Source: Eledone cirrhosa (taxonomy: Eukaryota). From it: a stretch of 64,000 nucleotides of DNA. The DNA lies in the NCBI GenBank assembly GCA_964016885.1, contig OZ024744.1, positions 110,050,001 through 110,114,000 on the forward strand, given 5' to 3'. Below are positions 1-15,000 of the stretch, piece after piece. The notes below the pieces were generated by a model, which was not told the DNA's origin, ran no database searches, and worked only from the letters and a program-made list of their open reading frames with translations. Positions within the stretch are counted from its first letter, which is position 1. Every line of letters starts with the position of its first letter. The position numbers and the translations under genes are program-made.

Positions 1-3000
1 GCAATGATGTTCGGTAGACACTACGGCTTAATACGGGATGTTTGTTTACAAACACACCGAGTATTATAATAAATGTTCGGTGAATCCATACGTACATATA
101 TATATGTGTGCATGTATGTATATATATATACATACTACTGTACGTCTGTATACATATGTTTATGTACGTGTACATACTTATATTTAAGTAACAGCCGTAC
201 TAAGAGTGGGAAATGAAATTTCGTTTTATTTTTTACGTTTATCGTTTTCGGTGCACCCGGCCGATTAACCGACTCTATATGCAAATTGAGCTACTCTGCC
301 GTTAATATGCCTAAGTTAAGTATATACGTTCAACAATCTGGCAGGAAGGTATACGTTGCTGACGATAGGTAATAAGCTTGAAACTAGTACAGCGTTCCTT
401 TGTCAGTGTTGAACAAACGAGCAACGATGGTTGCTAGATACTACGGCTTAATACGGGATGTTTGTTTACAAACACACCGATCATTATAATAAATGTTCGG
501 TGAATCCATACGTACGTATATATATGTGTGCATGTATGTATATATATATATACATACTACTGTACGTCTGTATACATATATGTATGTACGTGTACATACG
601 AATATTTAAGTAACAGCCGTACTAAGAGTGGGAAATGAAATTTCGTTTCATTTTTTTCCGTTTATCGTTTTCGGTGCACCCGGCCGATTAAGCGACTCTA
701 TATACAAATTGAGCTACTCTGCCGTTAATATGCCTAAGTTAAGTATATACGTTCAACAATCTGGCAGGAATGTATATGTTGCTGACGATAGCTAATAAGC
801 TTGAAACTAGTACAGCGTTCCTTTGTCTGTGTTGTACAAACGAGCAACGATGGTTGGTAGACACTACGGCTTAATACGGGATGTTTGTTTACAAACACAC
901 CGATCATTATAATAAATGTTCGGTGAATCCATACGTACATATATATATATGTGTGCATGTATGTATATATATATACATACTACTGTACGTATGTAAACAT
1001 ATGTGTATGTACGTGTACATACTTATATTTAAGTAACAGCCGTACTAAGAGTGGGAAATGAAATTTCGTTTCATTTTTTCCGTTTATCGTTTTCGGTGCA
1101 CCCGGCCGATTAACCCACTCGATGTCCAAATTACGCTACTCAGCCGTTAATATGCATAAGGTAAGTATATACGTTCAACAATCTGGCAGGAAGGTATACG
1201 TTGCTGACGACAGCTAATAATCTTGAAACTAGTACACTGTTCCTTTGTCAGCGTTGAACAAACGAGCAACGATGGTTGCCAGACACTACGGCTTAATACG
1301 GGATGCTTGTTTACAAACACACCGATCATTATAATAAATGTTCGGTGAATCCATACGTACATATATATATATATGTGTGCATGTATGTATATATATATAT
1401 ACATACTACTGTACGTCTGTATACATATATGTATGTACGTGTACATACTTAAATTTCAGTAACAGCCGTACTAAGAGTGGGAAAAGAAATTTCGTTTCAT
1501 TTTAACAGTTTATCGTTTTCGGTGCACCCGGCCGATTAACCAACTCTATATGCAAATTGAGCTACTCTGCCGTTAATATGCCTAAGTTAAGTATATACGA
1601 TCAACAATCTGGCAGGAAGGTATACGTTGCTGACGATAGATAATAAGCTTGAAACTAGTACAGCGTTCCTTTGTCAGCGTTGAACAAACGAGCAATGATG
1701 TTCGGTAGACACTACGGCTTAATACGGGATGTTTGTTTACAAACACACCGAGCATTATAATAAATGTTCGGTTAATCCATACGTACATATATACATGTGT
1801 GCATGTATGTATATATATATATACATACTACTGTACGTCTGTATACATATGTGTATGTACGTGTACATACTTATATTTAAGTAACAGCCGTACTAAGAGT
1901 GGGAAAAGAAATTTCGTTTCATTTTAACAGTTTATCGTTTTCGGTGCACCCGGCCGATTAACCGACTCTATATGCAAATTGAGCTACTCTGCCGTTAATA
2001 TGCCTAAGTTAAGTATATACGATCAACAATCTGGCAGGAAGGTATACGTTGCTGACGATAGATAATAAGCTTGAAACTAGTACAGCGTTCCTTTGTCAGC
2101 GTTGAACAAACGAGCAATGATGTTCGGTAGACACTACGGCTTAATACGGGATGTTTGTTTACAAACACACCGAGTATTATAATAAATGTTCGGTGAATCC
2201 ATACGTACATATATATATGTGTGCATGTATGTATATATATATACATACTACTGTACGTCTGTATACATATGTTTATGTACGTGTACATACTTATATTTAA
2301 GTAACAGCCGTACTAAGAGTGGGAAATGAAATTTCGTTTCATTTTTTACGTTTATCGTTTTCGGTGCACCCGGCCGATTAACCGACTCTATATGCAAATT
2401 GAGCTACTCTGCCGTTAATATGCCTAAGTTAAGTATATACGTTCAACAATCTGGCAGGAAGGTATACGTTGCTGACGATAGGTAATAAGCTTGAAACTAG
2501 TACAGCGTTCCTTTGTCAGTGTTGAACAAACGAGCAACGATGGTTGCTAGATACTACGGCTTAATACGGGATGTTTGTTTACAAACACACCGATCATTAT
2601 AATAAATGTTCGGTGAATCCATACGTACGTATATATATGTGTGCATGTATGTATATATATATATACATACTACTGTACGTCTGTATACATATATGTATGT
2701 ACGTGTACATACGAATATTTAAGTAACAGCCGTACTAAGAGTGGGAAATGAAATTTCGTTTCATTTTTTTCCGTTTATCGTTTTCGGTGCACCCGGCCGA
2801 TTAAGCGACTCTATATACAAATTGAGCTACTCTGCCGTTAATATGCCTAAGTTAAGTATATACGTTCAACAATCTGGCAGGAATGTATATGTTGCTGACG
2901 ATAGCTAATAAGCTTGAAACTAGTACAGCGTTCCTTTGTCTGTGTTGTACAAACGAGCAACGATGGTTGGTAGACACTACGGCTTAATACGGGATGTTTG

Positions 3001-6000
3001 TTTACAAACACACCGATCATTATAATAAATGTTCGGTGAATCCATACGTACATATATATATATGTGTGCATGTATGTATATATATATACATACTACTGTA
3101 CGTATGTAAACATATGTGTATGTACGTGTACATACTTATATTTAAGTAACAGCCGTACTAAGAGTGGGAAATGAAATTTCGTTTCATTTTTTCCGTTTAT
3201 CGTTTTCGGTGCACCCGGCCGATTAACCCACTCGATGTCCAAATTACGCTACTCAGCCGTTAATATGCATAAGGTAAGTATATACGTTCAACAATCTGGC
3301 AGGAAGGTATACGTTGCTGACGACAGCTAATAATCTTGAAACTAGTACACTGTTCCTTTGTCAGCGTTGAACAAACGAGCAACGATGGTTGCCAGACACT
3401 ACGGCTTAATACGGGATGCTTGTTTACAAACACACCGATCATTATAATAAATGTTCGGTGAATCCATACGTACATATATATATATATGTGTGCATGTATG
3501 TATATATATATATACATACTACTGTACGTCTGTATACATATATGTATGTACGTGTACATACTTAAATTTCAGTAACAGCCGTACTAAGAGTGGGAAAAGA
3601 AATTTCGTTTCATTTTAACAGTTTATCGTTTTCGGTGCACCCGGCCGATTAACCAACTCTATATGCAAATTGAGCTACTCTGCCGTTAATATGCCTAAGT
3701 TAAGTATATACGATCAACAATCTGGCAGGAAGGTATACGTTGCTGACGATAGATAATAAGCTTGAAACTAGTACAGCGTTCCTTTGTCAGCGTTGAACAA
3801 ACGAGCAATGATGTTCGGTAGACACTACGGCTTAATACGGGATGTTTGTTTACAAACACACCGAGCATTATAATAAATGTTCGGTTAATCCATACGTACA
3901 TATATACATGTGTGCATGTATGTATATATATATACATACTACTGTACGTCTGTATACATATGTGTATGTACGTGTACATACTTATATTTAAGTAACAGCC
4001 GTACTAAGAGTGGGAAATGAAATTTCGTTTCATTCTTTCCGTTTATCGTTTTCGGTGCACCCGGCCGATTAACCCACTCGATGTCCAAATTACGTTACTC
4101 AGCCGTTAATATGCATAAGATAAGTATATACGTTCAACAATCTGGCAGGAAGGTATACGTTGCTGACGATAGCTAATAAGCTTGAAACTAGTACAGCGTT
4201 CCTTTGTCAGTGTTGAACAAACGAGCAAGGATGGTTGCTAGACACTACGGCTTAATACGGGATGTTTGTTTACAAACACACCGATCATTATAATAAATGT
4301 TCGGTGAATCCATACGTACATATATATATATGTGTGCATGTATGTATATATATATACATACTACTGTACGTCTGTATACATATATGTATGTACGTGTACA
4401 TACGAATATTTAAGTAACAGCCGTACTAAGAGCGGGAAATGAAATTTCGTTTCATTTTTTTCCGTTTATCGTTTTCGGTTCACCCGGCCGATTAACCGAC
4501 TCTATATACAAATTGAGCTACTCTGCCGTTAATATGCCTAAGTTAAGTATATACGTTCAACAATCTGGCAGGAAGGTATACGTTGCTGACGATAGCTAAT
4601 AAGCTTGAAACTAGTACAGCGTTCCTTTGTCAGTGTTGAACAAACGAGCAACGATGGTTGCTAGACACTACGGCTTAATACGGGATGTTTGTTTACAAAC
4701 ACACCAAGCATTATAATAAATGTTCGGTGAATCCATACGTACATATATATATGTGTGCATATTTGTATATATATATATACATACTAGTGTACGTCTGTAT
4801 ACATATATGTATGTACGTGTACATAATTATATTTAAGTAACAGCCATACTAAGAACGTGAAATGAAATTTCGATTCATTTTTTCCATTTATCGTTTTCGG
4901 TGCACCCGACCAATTAACCCACTTGATGTCCAAATTACGCTGCTCAGCCGTTAATATGCATAAGGTAAGTATATACGTTCAACAATCTGGCAGGAAGGTA
5001 TACGTTGCTGACGACAGCTAATAAGCTTGAAAATAGTACAGCGTTCCTTTGTCAGCGTTGAAGAAACGAGCAGCGATGGTTGCTAGACACTACGGCTTAA
5101 TACGGGATGTTTGTTTACAAACACACCGATCATTATAATAAATGTTCGGTGAATACATACGTACATATATATATGTGTGCATGTATGTATATATATATAT
5201 ACATACTACTGTACGTCTGTATACATATATGTATGTTCGTGTACATACTTATATTTAAGTAACAGTCTTACTAAAAGTGTGAAATGAAATTTCGTTTCAT
5301 TTTTCCGTTTATCGTTTTCAGTGCACCCGGCCGATTAACTCACTCGATATCCAAATTACGCTACTCAGCCGTTAATATGCATAAGGTAAGTATATACGTT
5401 CAACAATCTGGCAGGAAGGTATACGTTGCTGTCGATAGCTAATAAGCTTCAAACTAGTACAGCGTTCCTTTGTCAGTGTTGAACAAACGAGCAACGATGG
5501 TTGGTAGACACTACGGCTTAATACGGGATGTTTGTTTACAAACACACCGAGCATTATAATAAATGTTCGGTGAATACATACGTACATATATATATGTATG
5601 CATGTATGTATAAATATATACATACTACTGTACGTCTGTATACATATATGTATGTAGGTGTACATACTTATATTTAAGTTACAGCCGTACTAAGAGTGGG
5701 AAATGAAATTTCGTTTCATTTTTTCCTTTTATCGTTTTCGGTGCACCCGGCCGATTAACCGACTCTATATGCAAATTGAGCTACTCTGCCGTTAATATGC
5801 CTAAGTTAAGTATATACGTTCAACAATCTGGCAGGAAGGTATACGTTGCTGACGATAGCTAATAAGCTTGAAACTAGTACAGCGTTCCTTTGTCAGTGTT
5901 GAACAAACGAGCAACGATGGTTGGTAGACACTACGGCTTAGTACGGGATGTTTGTTTACAAACACACCGAGCATTATAATAAATGTTCGGTGAATCCATA

Positions 6001-9000
6001 CGTACATATATATATATGTGTGCATGTATGTATATATACATACTACTGTACGTCTGTATACATATATGTATGTAGGTGTACATACATATATTTAAGTAAC
6101 AGCCGTACTAAGAGTGGGAATGAAATTTCGTTTCATTTTTTCCGTTTATCCTTATCGGTGTACCCGGCCGATTAACCCACTCGATATGCAAATTGAGCTA
6201 CTCAGCCATTAATAGGCATAAGGTAAATTTATACGTTCAACAATCTGGCAGGAAGGTATACGCTGCTGACGATAGCTAATAAGCTTGAAACTAGTACAGC
6301 GTTCCTTTGTCAGTGTTGAACAAACGAGCAACGATGGTTGCTAGACACTACGGCTTAATACGGGATGTTTGTTTACAAACACACCGAGCATTATAATAAA
6401 TTTTCGGTGAATCCATACGTACATATATATGTGTGTGCATGTATGTATAAATATATACATACTATTGTACGTCTGTATACATATATGTATGTACGTGTAC
6501 ATACTTATATTTAAGTAACAGCCATACTAAGAACGTGAAATTAAATTTCGATTTATTTTTTCCGTTCATCGTTTACGGTGCACCCGGCCGATTAACCCAC
6601 TCGATGTCCAAATTACGCTGCTCAGCCGTTAATATGCATAAGGTAAGTATATACGTTCAACAAACTGGCAGGAAGGTATATTTTGCTGACAACAGCTAAT
6701 AAGCTTGAAACTAGTACAGCGTTCCTTTGTCAGCGTTGAACAAACGAGCAACGATCGCTGCTAGACACTACGGCTTAATACGGGATGTTTGTTTACAAAC
6801 ACACCGATCATTATAATAAATGTTCGGTGAATCCATACGTACATATATATGTGTGCATGTATGTATATATATATACATACTACTGTACGTCTGTATACAT
6901 ATATGTATGTACGTGTACATACTTATATTTAAGTAACAGCCGTACTAAGAGTGTGAAATGAAATTTCGTTTCATTTTTCCGTTTATCGTTTTCGGTGCAC
7001 CCGGCCGATTAACCCACTCGATATCCAAATTACGCTACTCAGCCGTTAATATGCATAAACGTTCAAGAATCTGGCAGGAAGGTATACGTTGCTTAGGATA
7101 GCTAATTAGCTTGAAACTAGTACAGCGTTCCTTTGTCAGTGTTGAACAAACGAGCAACGATGGTTGGTAGACACTACGGCTTAATACGGGATGTTTGTTT
7201 ACAAACACAGCGAGCATTATAATAAATGTTCGGTGAATACATACGTACATATATATATGTGTGCATGTATGTATAAATATATACATACTACTGTACGACT
7301 GTATACATATATGTATGTAGGTGTACATACTTATATTTAAGTTAAACCCGTACGAAGAGTGGGAAATGAAATTTCGTTTCATTTTTTCCTTTTATCGTTT
7401 TCGGTGCACCCGGCCGATTAACCGACTCTGTATGCAAATTGAGCTACTCTGCCGTTATATGCCTAAGTTAAGTATATACGTTCAACAATCTGCCAGGAAG
7501 GTATACGTTGCTGACGATAGCTAATAAGCTTGAAACTAGTACAGCGTTCCTTTGTCAGAGTTGAACAAACGAGCAACGATGGTTGGTAGACACTACGGCT
7601 TAATACGGGATGTTTGTTTACAAACACACCGTTCATTATAATAAATGTTCGGTGAATCCATACGTACATATATATATATATGTGTGCATGTATGTATATA
7701 TATATACATACTACTGTACGTTTGTATACATATATGTATGTACGTGTACATACTTATATTTTACTAACAGCCGTACTATGAGTGGGAATGAAATTTCGTT
7801 TCATTTTTTTCCGTTCATCCTTTTCGGTGTACCCGGCCGATTAACCCACTCGATATGCAAATTGAGCTACTCAGCCATTAATATGCATAAGGTAAGTATA
7901 TACGTTCAACAATCTGGCAGCAAGGTATAAGCTGCTGACGATAGCTAATAAGCTTTAAACTAGTTCAGCGTTACTTTGTCAGTGTTGAACAAACGAGCAA
8001 CGACGGTTGGTAGACACTACGGCTTAATACGGGATGTTTGTTTACAAACACACCGAGCATTATAATAAATGTTCGGTGAATCCATACGTACATATATATA
8101 TATGTGTGCATGTATGTATATATATATACATACTACTGTACGTCTGTATACATATATGTATGTACGTGTACATACTTATATTTAAGTAACAGCCATACTA
8201 AGAGTGGGAATGAAATTTCGTTTCATTTTTTCCGTTCATCCTTTTCGGTGTACCCGGCCGATTAACCCACTCGATATGCAAATTGAGCTACTCAGCCATT
8301 AATATGCATAAGGTAAGTATATACGTTCAACAATCTGGCAGGAAGGTATACGTTGCTGACGATAGCTAATAAGCTTGAAACTAGTACAGCGATCCTTTGT
8401 CAGTGTTGAACAAACGAGCAACGACGGTTGGTAGACACTACGGCTTAATACGGGATGTTTGTTTACAAACACACCGAGCATTATAATAAATGTTCGGTGA
8501 ATACATACGTACATATATATATGTGTGCATGTATGTATAAATATATACATACTACTGTACGTCTGTATACATATATGTATGTAGGTGTACATACTTATAT
8601 TTAAGTTACAGCCGTACTAAGAGTGGGAAATGAAATTTCGTTTCATTTTTTCCGTTTATCGTTTTCGGTGCACCCGGCCGATTAACCGACTCGATATGCA
8701 AATTGAGCTACTCTGCCGTTAATATGCCTAAGTTAAGTATATACGTTCAACAATCTGCCAGGAAGGTATACGTTGCTGACGATAGCTAATAAGCTTGAAA
8801 CTAGTACAGTGTTGAACAAACGAGCAACGATGGTTGCTAGACACTACAGCTTAATACGGGATGTTAGTTTACAAACACACCGAGCATTATAATAAATGTT
8901 CGGTGAATCCATACGTACATATATATATATGTGTGCATATATGTATATATATATACATACTACTGTACGTATGTATACATATATGTATGTACGTGTACAT

Positions 9001-12000
9001 ACTTATATTTAAGTTACAGCCGTACTAAGAGTGTGAAATTTAATTTCGTTTCATTTTCCGTTTATCGTTTTCGGTGCACCCGGCCGATTAACCCACTCGA
9101 TATGCAAATTGAGCTACTCAGCCATTAATATGCATAAGGTAAGTATATGCGTTCAACAATCTGGCAGGAAGGTATACGTTACTGACGATAGCTAATAAGC
9201 TTGAAAATTGTACAGCGTTCCTTTGTCAGTGTTGAACAAACGAGCAACGATGGTTGGTAGACACTACGGCTTAATACGGGATGTTTGTTTACAAACACAC
9301 CGAGCATTATAATAAATGTTCGGTGAATACATACGTACATATATATATGTGTGCATGTATGTATAAATATATACATACTATTGTACGTCTGTATACATAT
9401 ATGTATGTACGTGTACATACTTATATTTAAGTAACAGCCGTACTAAGAGTGTGAAATGAAATTTCGTTTCATTTTTCCGTTTATCGTTTTCGGTGCACCC
9501 GGCCGATTAACCCACTCTATATCCAAATTACGCTACTGAGCCGTTAATATGCATAAGGTATGTATATACGTTCAACAATCTGGCAGGAAGGTATACGTTG
9601 CTGACGATAGCTAATAAGCTTGAAACTAGTACAGCGTTCCTTTGTCAGTGTTGAACAAACGAGCAACGGTGGTTGGTAGACACTACGGCTTAATACGGGA
9701 TGTTTGTTTACAAACACACCGATCATTACAATAAATGTTAGGTGAATACATACGTACATATATATATGTGTGCATGTATGTATAAATATATACATACTAC
9801 TGTACGTCTGTATACATATATGTATGTAGGTGTACATACTTATATTTAAGTAACAGCCGTACTAAGAGTGGGAAATGAAATTTCGTTTCATTTTTTCCGT
9901 TTATCCTTTTCGGTGTACACGGCCGATTAACCCACTAGATATGCAAATTGGGCTACTCAGCCATTAATATGCATAAGGTAAGTATATACGTTCAACAATC
10001 TGGCAGGAAGGTATACGTTGCTGACGATAGCTAATAAGCTTGAAACTAGTACAGCGTTCCTTTGTCAGTGTTGAACAAACGAGCAACGATGGTTGGTAGA
10101 CACTACGGCTTAATACGGGATGTTTCTTTACAAACACACCGAGAATTATAATAAATGTTCGGTGAATACATACGTACATATATATATGCGTGCATGTATG
10201 TATAAATATATACATACTATTGTACGTCTGTATACATATATGTATGTACGTGTACATACTTATATTTAAGTAACAGCCGTACTAAGAGTGTGAAATGAAA
10301 TTTCGTTTCATTTTTCCGTTTATCGTTTTCGGTGCACCTGGCCGATTAACCCACTCTATATCCAAATTACGCTTCTCAGCCGTTAATATGCATAAGGTGA
10401 GTATATACGTTCAACAATCTGGCAGGAAGGTATACGATTGTGACGATGGCTAATAAGCTTGAAACTAGTACAGCGTTCCTTTGTCAGTGTTGAACAAACG
10501 AGCAGCGATGGTTGCTAGACACTACGGCTTAATACGGGATGTTTGTTTACAAACACACCGAGCATTATAATAAATGTTCGGTGAATCCATACGTACATAT
10601 CTATATGTGTGCATGTATGTATAAATATATGAATACTACTGTACGTCTGTATACATATATGTATGTACGTGTACATACTTATATTTAAGTAACAGCCGTA
10701 GTAAGAGTGGGAAATGAAATTTCGTTTCATTTTTTTCCGTTTATCGTTTTCGGTGCACCCGGCCGATTAACCCACTCGATATGCAAATTGGGCTACTCTG
10801 CCGTTAATATGCATAAGGTAAGTATATACGTTCAACAATCTGGCTGGAAGTTATACGTTGCTGACGATAGCTAATAAGCTTGAAACTAGTACAGCGTTCC
10901 TTTGTCAGTGTTGAACAAACGAGCAACGATGGTGCTAGACACTACGGCTTAATACGGGATGTTTGTTTACAAACACAACGAGCATTATAATAAATGTTCG
11001 GTGAATCCATACGTACATATCTATATGTGTGCATGTATGTATATACAAATACTACTGTACGTCTTTATACATATATGTATGTCAGTGTACATACTTATAT
11101 TTAAGTAACAGCCGTACTAAGAGTGGGAAATGAAATTTCGTTTCATTTTTTTTCTGTTTATCGTTTTCAGTGCACCCGGGCGATTAACCCACTCTATATG
11201 CAAGTTGGGCTACTCTGCCGTTAATATGCCTAAGGTGAATATATACGTTCAACAATCTGGCAGGAAGGTATACGCTGCTGACAATAGCTAATAAACTTGA
11301 AACTAGTACAGCGTTCCTTTGTCAGTGTTGAACAAACGAGCAACGATGGTTGGTAGACACTACGGCTTAATACGGGATGTTTGTTTACAAACACACCGAT
11401 CATTATAATAAATGTTCGGTGAATCCATACGTACATATATATATGTGTGCATGAATGTATATATATATACATACTACTTTACGTCTGTATACATATATGT
11501 ATGTACGTGTACATACTTATATTTAAGTCACATCCGTACTAAGAGTGTGAAATGAAATTTCGTTTCATTTTTCCGTTTATCGTTTTCGGTGCACCCGGCC
11601 GATTAACCCACTCTATATCCAAATTACGCTACTCAGCCGTTAATATGCATAAGGTATGTATATACGTTCAACAATCTGGCAGGAAGGTATACGTTGCTGA
11701 CGATAGCTAATAAGCTTGAAACTAGTACAGCGTTCCCTTGTTAGTGTTGAACAAACGAGCAACGATGGTTGCTAGACACTACAGCTTAATACGGGATGTT
11801 AGTTTACAAACACACCGAGCATTATAATAAATGTTCGGTGAATCCATACGTACATATATATATATATGTGTGCATATATGTATATATATATACATACTAC
11901 TGTACGTATGTATACATATATGTATGTACGTGTACATACTTATATTTAAGTTACAGCCGTACTAAGAGTGTGAAATTTAATTTCGTTTCATTTTCCGTTT

Positions 12001-15000
12001 ATCGTTTTCGGTGCACCCGGCCGATTAACCCACTCGATATGCAAATTGAGCTACTCAGCCATTAATATGCATAAGGTAAGTATATGCGTTCAACAATCTG
12101 GCAGGAAGGTATACGTTGCTGACGATAGCTAATAAGCTTGAAAATTGTACAGCGTTCCTTTGTCAGTGTTGAACAAACGAGCAACGATGGTTGGTAGACA
12201 CTACGGCTTAATACGGGATGTTTGTTTACAAACACACCGAGCATTATAATAAATGTTCGGTGAATACATACGTACATATATATATGTGTGCATGTATGTA
12301 TAAATATATACATACTACTGTACGTCTGTATACATATATGTATGTAGGTGTACATACTTATATTTAAGTAACAGCCGTACTAAGAGTGGGAATGAAATTT
12401 CGTTTCATTTTTTCCGTTTATCCTTTTCGGTGTACACGGCCGATTAACCCACTAGATATGCAAATTGGGCTACTCAGCCATTAATATGCATAAGGTAAGT
12501 ATATACGTTCAACAATCTGGCAGGAAGGTATACGTTGCTGACGATAGCTAATAAGCTTGAAACTAGTACAGCGTTCCTTTGTCAGTGTTGAACAAACGAG
12601 CAACGATGGTTGGTAGACACTACGGCTTAATACGGGATGTTTCTTTACAAACACACCGAGAATTATAATAAATGTTCGGTGAATACATACGTACATATAT
12701 ATATGCGTGCATGTATGTATAAATATATACATACTATTGTACGTCTGTATACATATATGTATGTACGTGTACATACTTATATTTAAGTAACAGCCGTACT
12801 AAGAGTGTGAAATGAAATTTCGTTTCATTTTTCCGTTTATCGTTTTCGGTGCACCTGGCCGATTAACCCACTCTATATCCAAATTACGCTTCTCAGCCGT
12901 TAATATGCATAACGTGAGTATATACGTTCAACAATCTGGCTGGAAGTTATACGTTGCTGACGATAGCTAATAAGCTTGAAACTAGTACAGCGTTCCTTTG
13001 TCAGTGTTGAACAAACGAGCAACGATGGTGCTAGACACTACGGCTTAATACGGGATGTTTGTTTACAAACACAACGAGCATTATAATAAATGTTCGGTGA
13101 ATCCATACGTACATATATATATGTGTTCATGTATGTATATATATACAAATACTACTGTACGTCTTTATACATATATGTATGTCAGTGTACATACTTATAT
13201 TTAAGTAACAGCCGTACTAAGAGTGGGAAATGAATTTTCGTTTCATTTTTTTTCTGTTTATCGTTTTCAGTGCACCCGGGCGATTAACCCACTCTATATG
13301 CAAGTTGGGCTACTCTGCCGTTAATATGCCTAAGGTAAATATATACGTTCAACAATCTGGCAGGAAGGTATACGCTGCTGACGATAGCTAATAAACTTGA
13401 AACTAGTACAGCGTTCCTTTGTCAGTGTTGAACAAACGAGCAACGATGGTTGCTAGACACTACGGTTTAATACGGGATGTTTGTTTACAAACACACCGAG
13501 CATTATAATAAATGTTCGGTGAATCCATACGTACATATATATATGTGTTCATGTATGTATATATATATACATACTACTGTACGTCTGCATGCATATGTGT
13601 ATGTACGTGAACATACTTATATTTAAGTAACAACCGTACTAAGAGTGGGAAATGAAATTTCGTTTCATTTTTTCCGTTTATCGTTTTCGGTGCACCCGGC
13701 CGATTCACACACTCCATATGCAAATTGAGCTACTCAGCCGTTAATATGCATAAGGTAAGTATATACGTTCAACAATCTGGCAGGAAGGTATACGTTGCTG
13801 ACGATAGCTAATAAGCTTGAAACCAGTACAGCGTTCCTTTGTCAGTGTTGAACAAACGAGCAACGATGTTTGCTAAACACTACGGCTTAATACGGGATGT
13901 TTGTTTACAAACACACCGAGCATTATAATAAATGTTCGGTGAATCCATACGTACATATATATATGTGTGCATGTATGTATAAATATATACATACTACTGT
14001 ACGTCTGTATACATATATGTATGTACGTGTACATACTTATATTTAAGTAACAGCCGTACGAGGAGTGGGAAATGAAATTTCATTTCATTTTTTCCGTTTA
14101 TCGTTTTCGGTGCACCCGGCAGATTAACCCACTCTATATGCAAATTGGGCTTCTCTGCCGATAATATGCCTAAGGTAAGTATATACGTTCAACAAACTGG
14201 TAGGAAAGTATACGTTGCTGACGATAGCTAATAAGCTTGAAACTTGTACAGCGTTCCTTTGTCAGTTTTGAACAAACGAGCAACGATGGTTGCTAGACAC
14301 TACGGCTTAATACGGGATGTTTGTTTACAAACACGCCGAGCATTATAATAAATGTTCGGTGAATCCATAAGTACATATATAAATGTGTGCATGTGTGTAT
14401 AAATATATACATACTACTGTACGTCTGTATATATATATGTATGTACGTGTACATACTTATATTTAAGCAACAGCCGTACTAAGAGTGGGAAATGAAATTT
14501 CGTTTCATTTTTTCAGTTTATCTTTTTCGGTGCACCCGGCCGATTAACCCACTCTATATGCGAATTGGGCTACTCAGCCGTTAATATGCCTAAGGTAAAT
14601 ATATACGTTCAACAATCTGGCAGGAAGGTATACGTTGCTGACGATAGCTAATAAGCTTGAAACCAGCACAGCGTTCCTTTGTCAGTGTTGAACAAACGAG
14701 CAACGATGTTTGCTAAACACTACGGTTTAATACGGGATGTTTGTTTACAAACACACCGAGCATTATAATAAATGTTCGGTGAATCCATACGTACATATAT
14801 ATATATATATATATGTGTGCATGTATGTATATATATATACATACTACTGTATGTCTGAATGCATATATGTATGTACGTGTACATACTTATATTTAAGTAA
14901 CAGCCGTACTAAGAGTGGGAAATGAAATTTCGTTTCAATTATTCCGTTTATCGTTTTCGGTGCACCCGGCCGATTAACCCACTCTATATGCGAATTGGGC

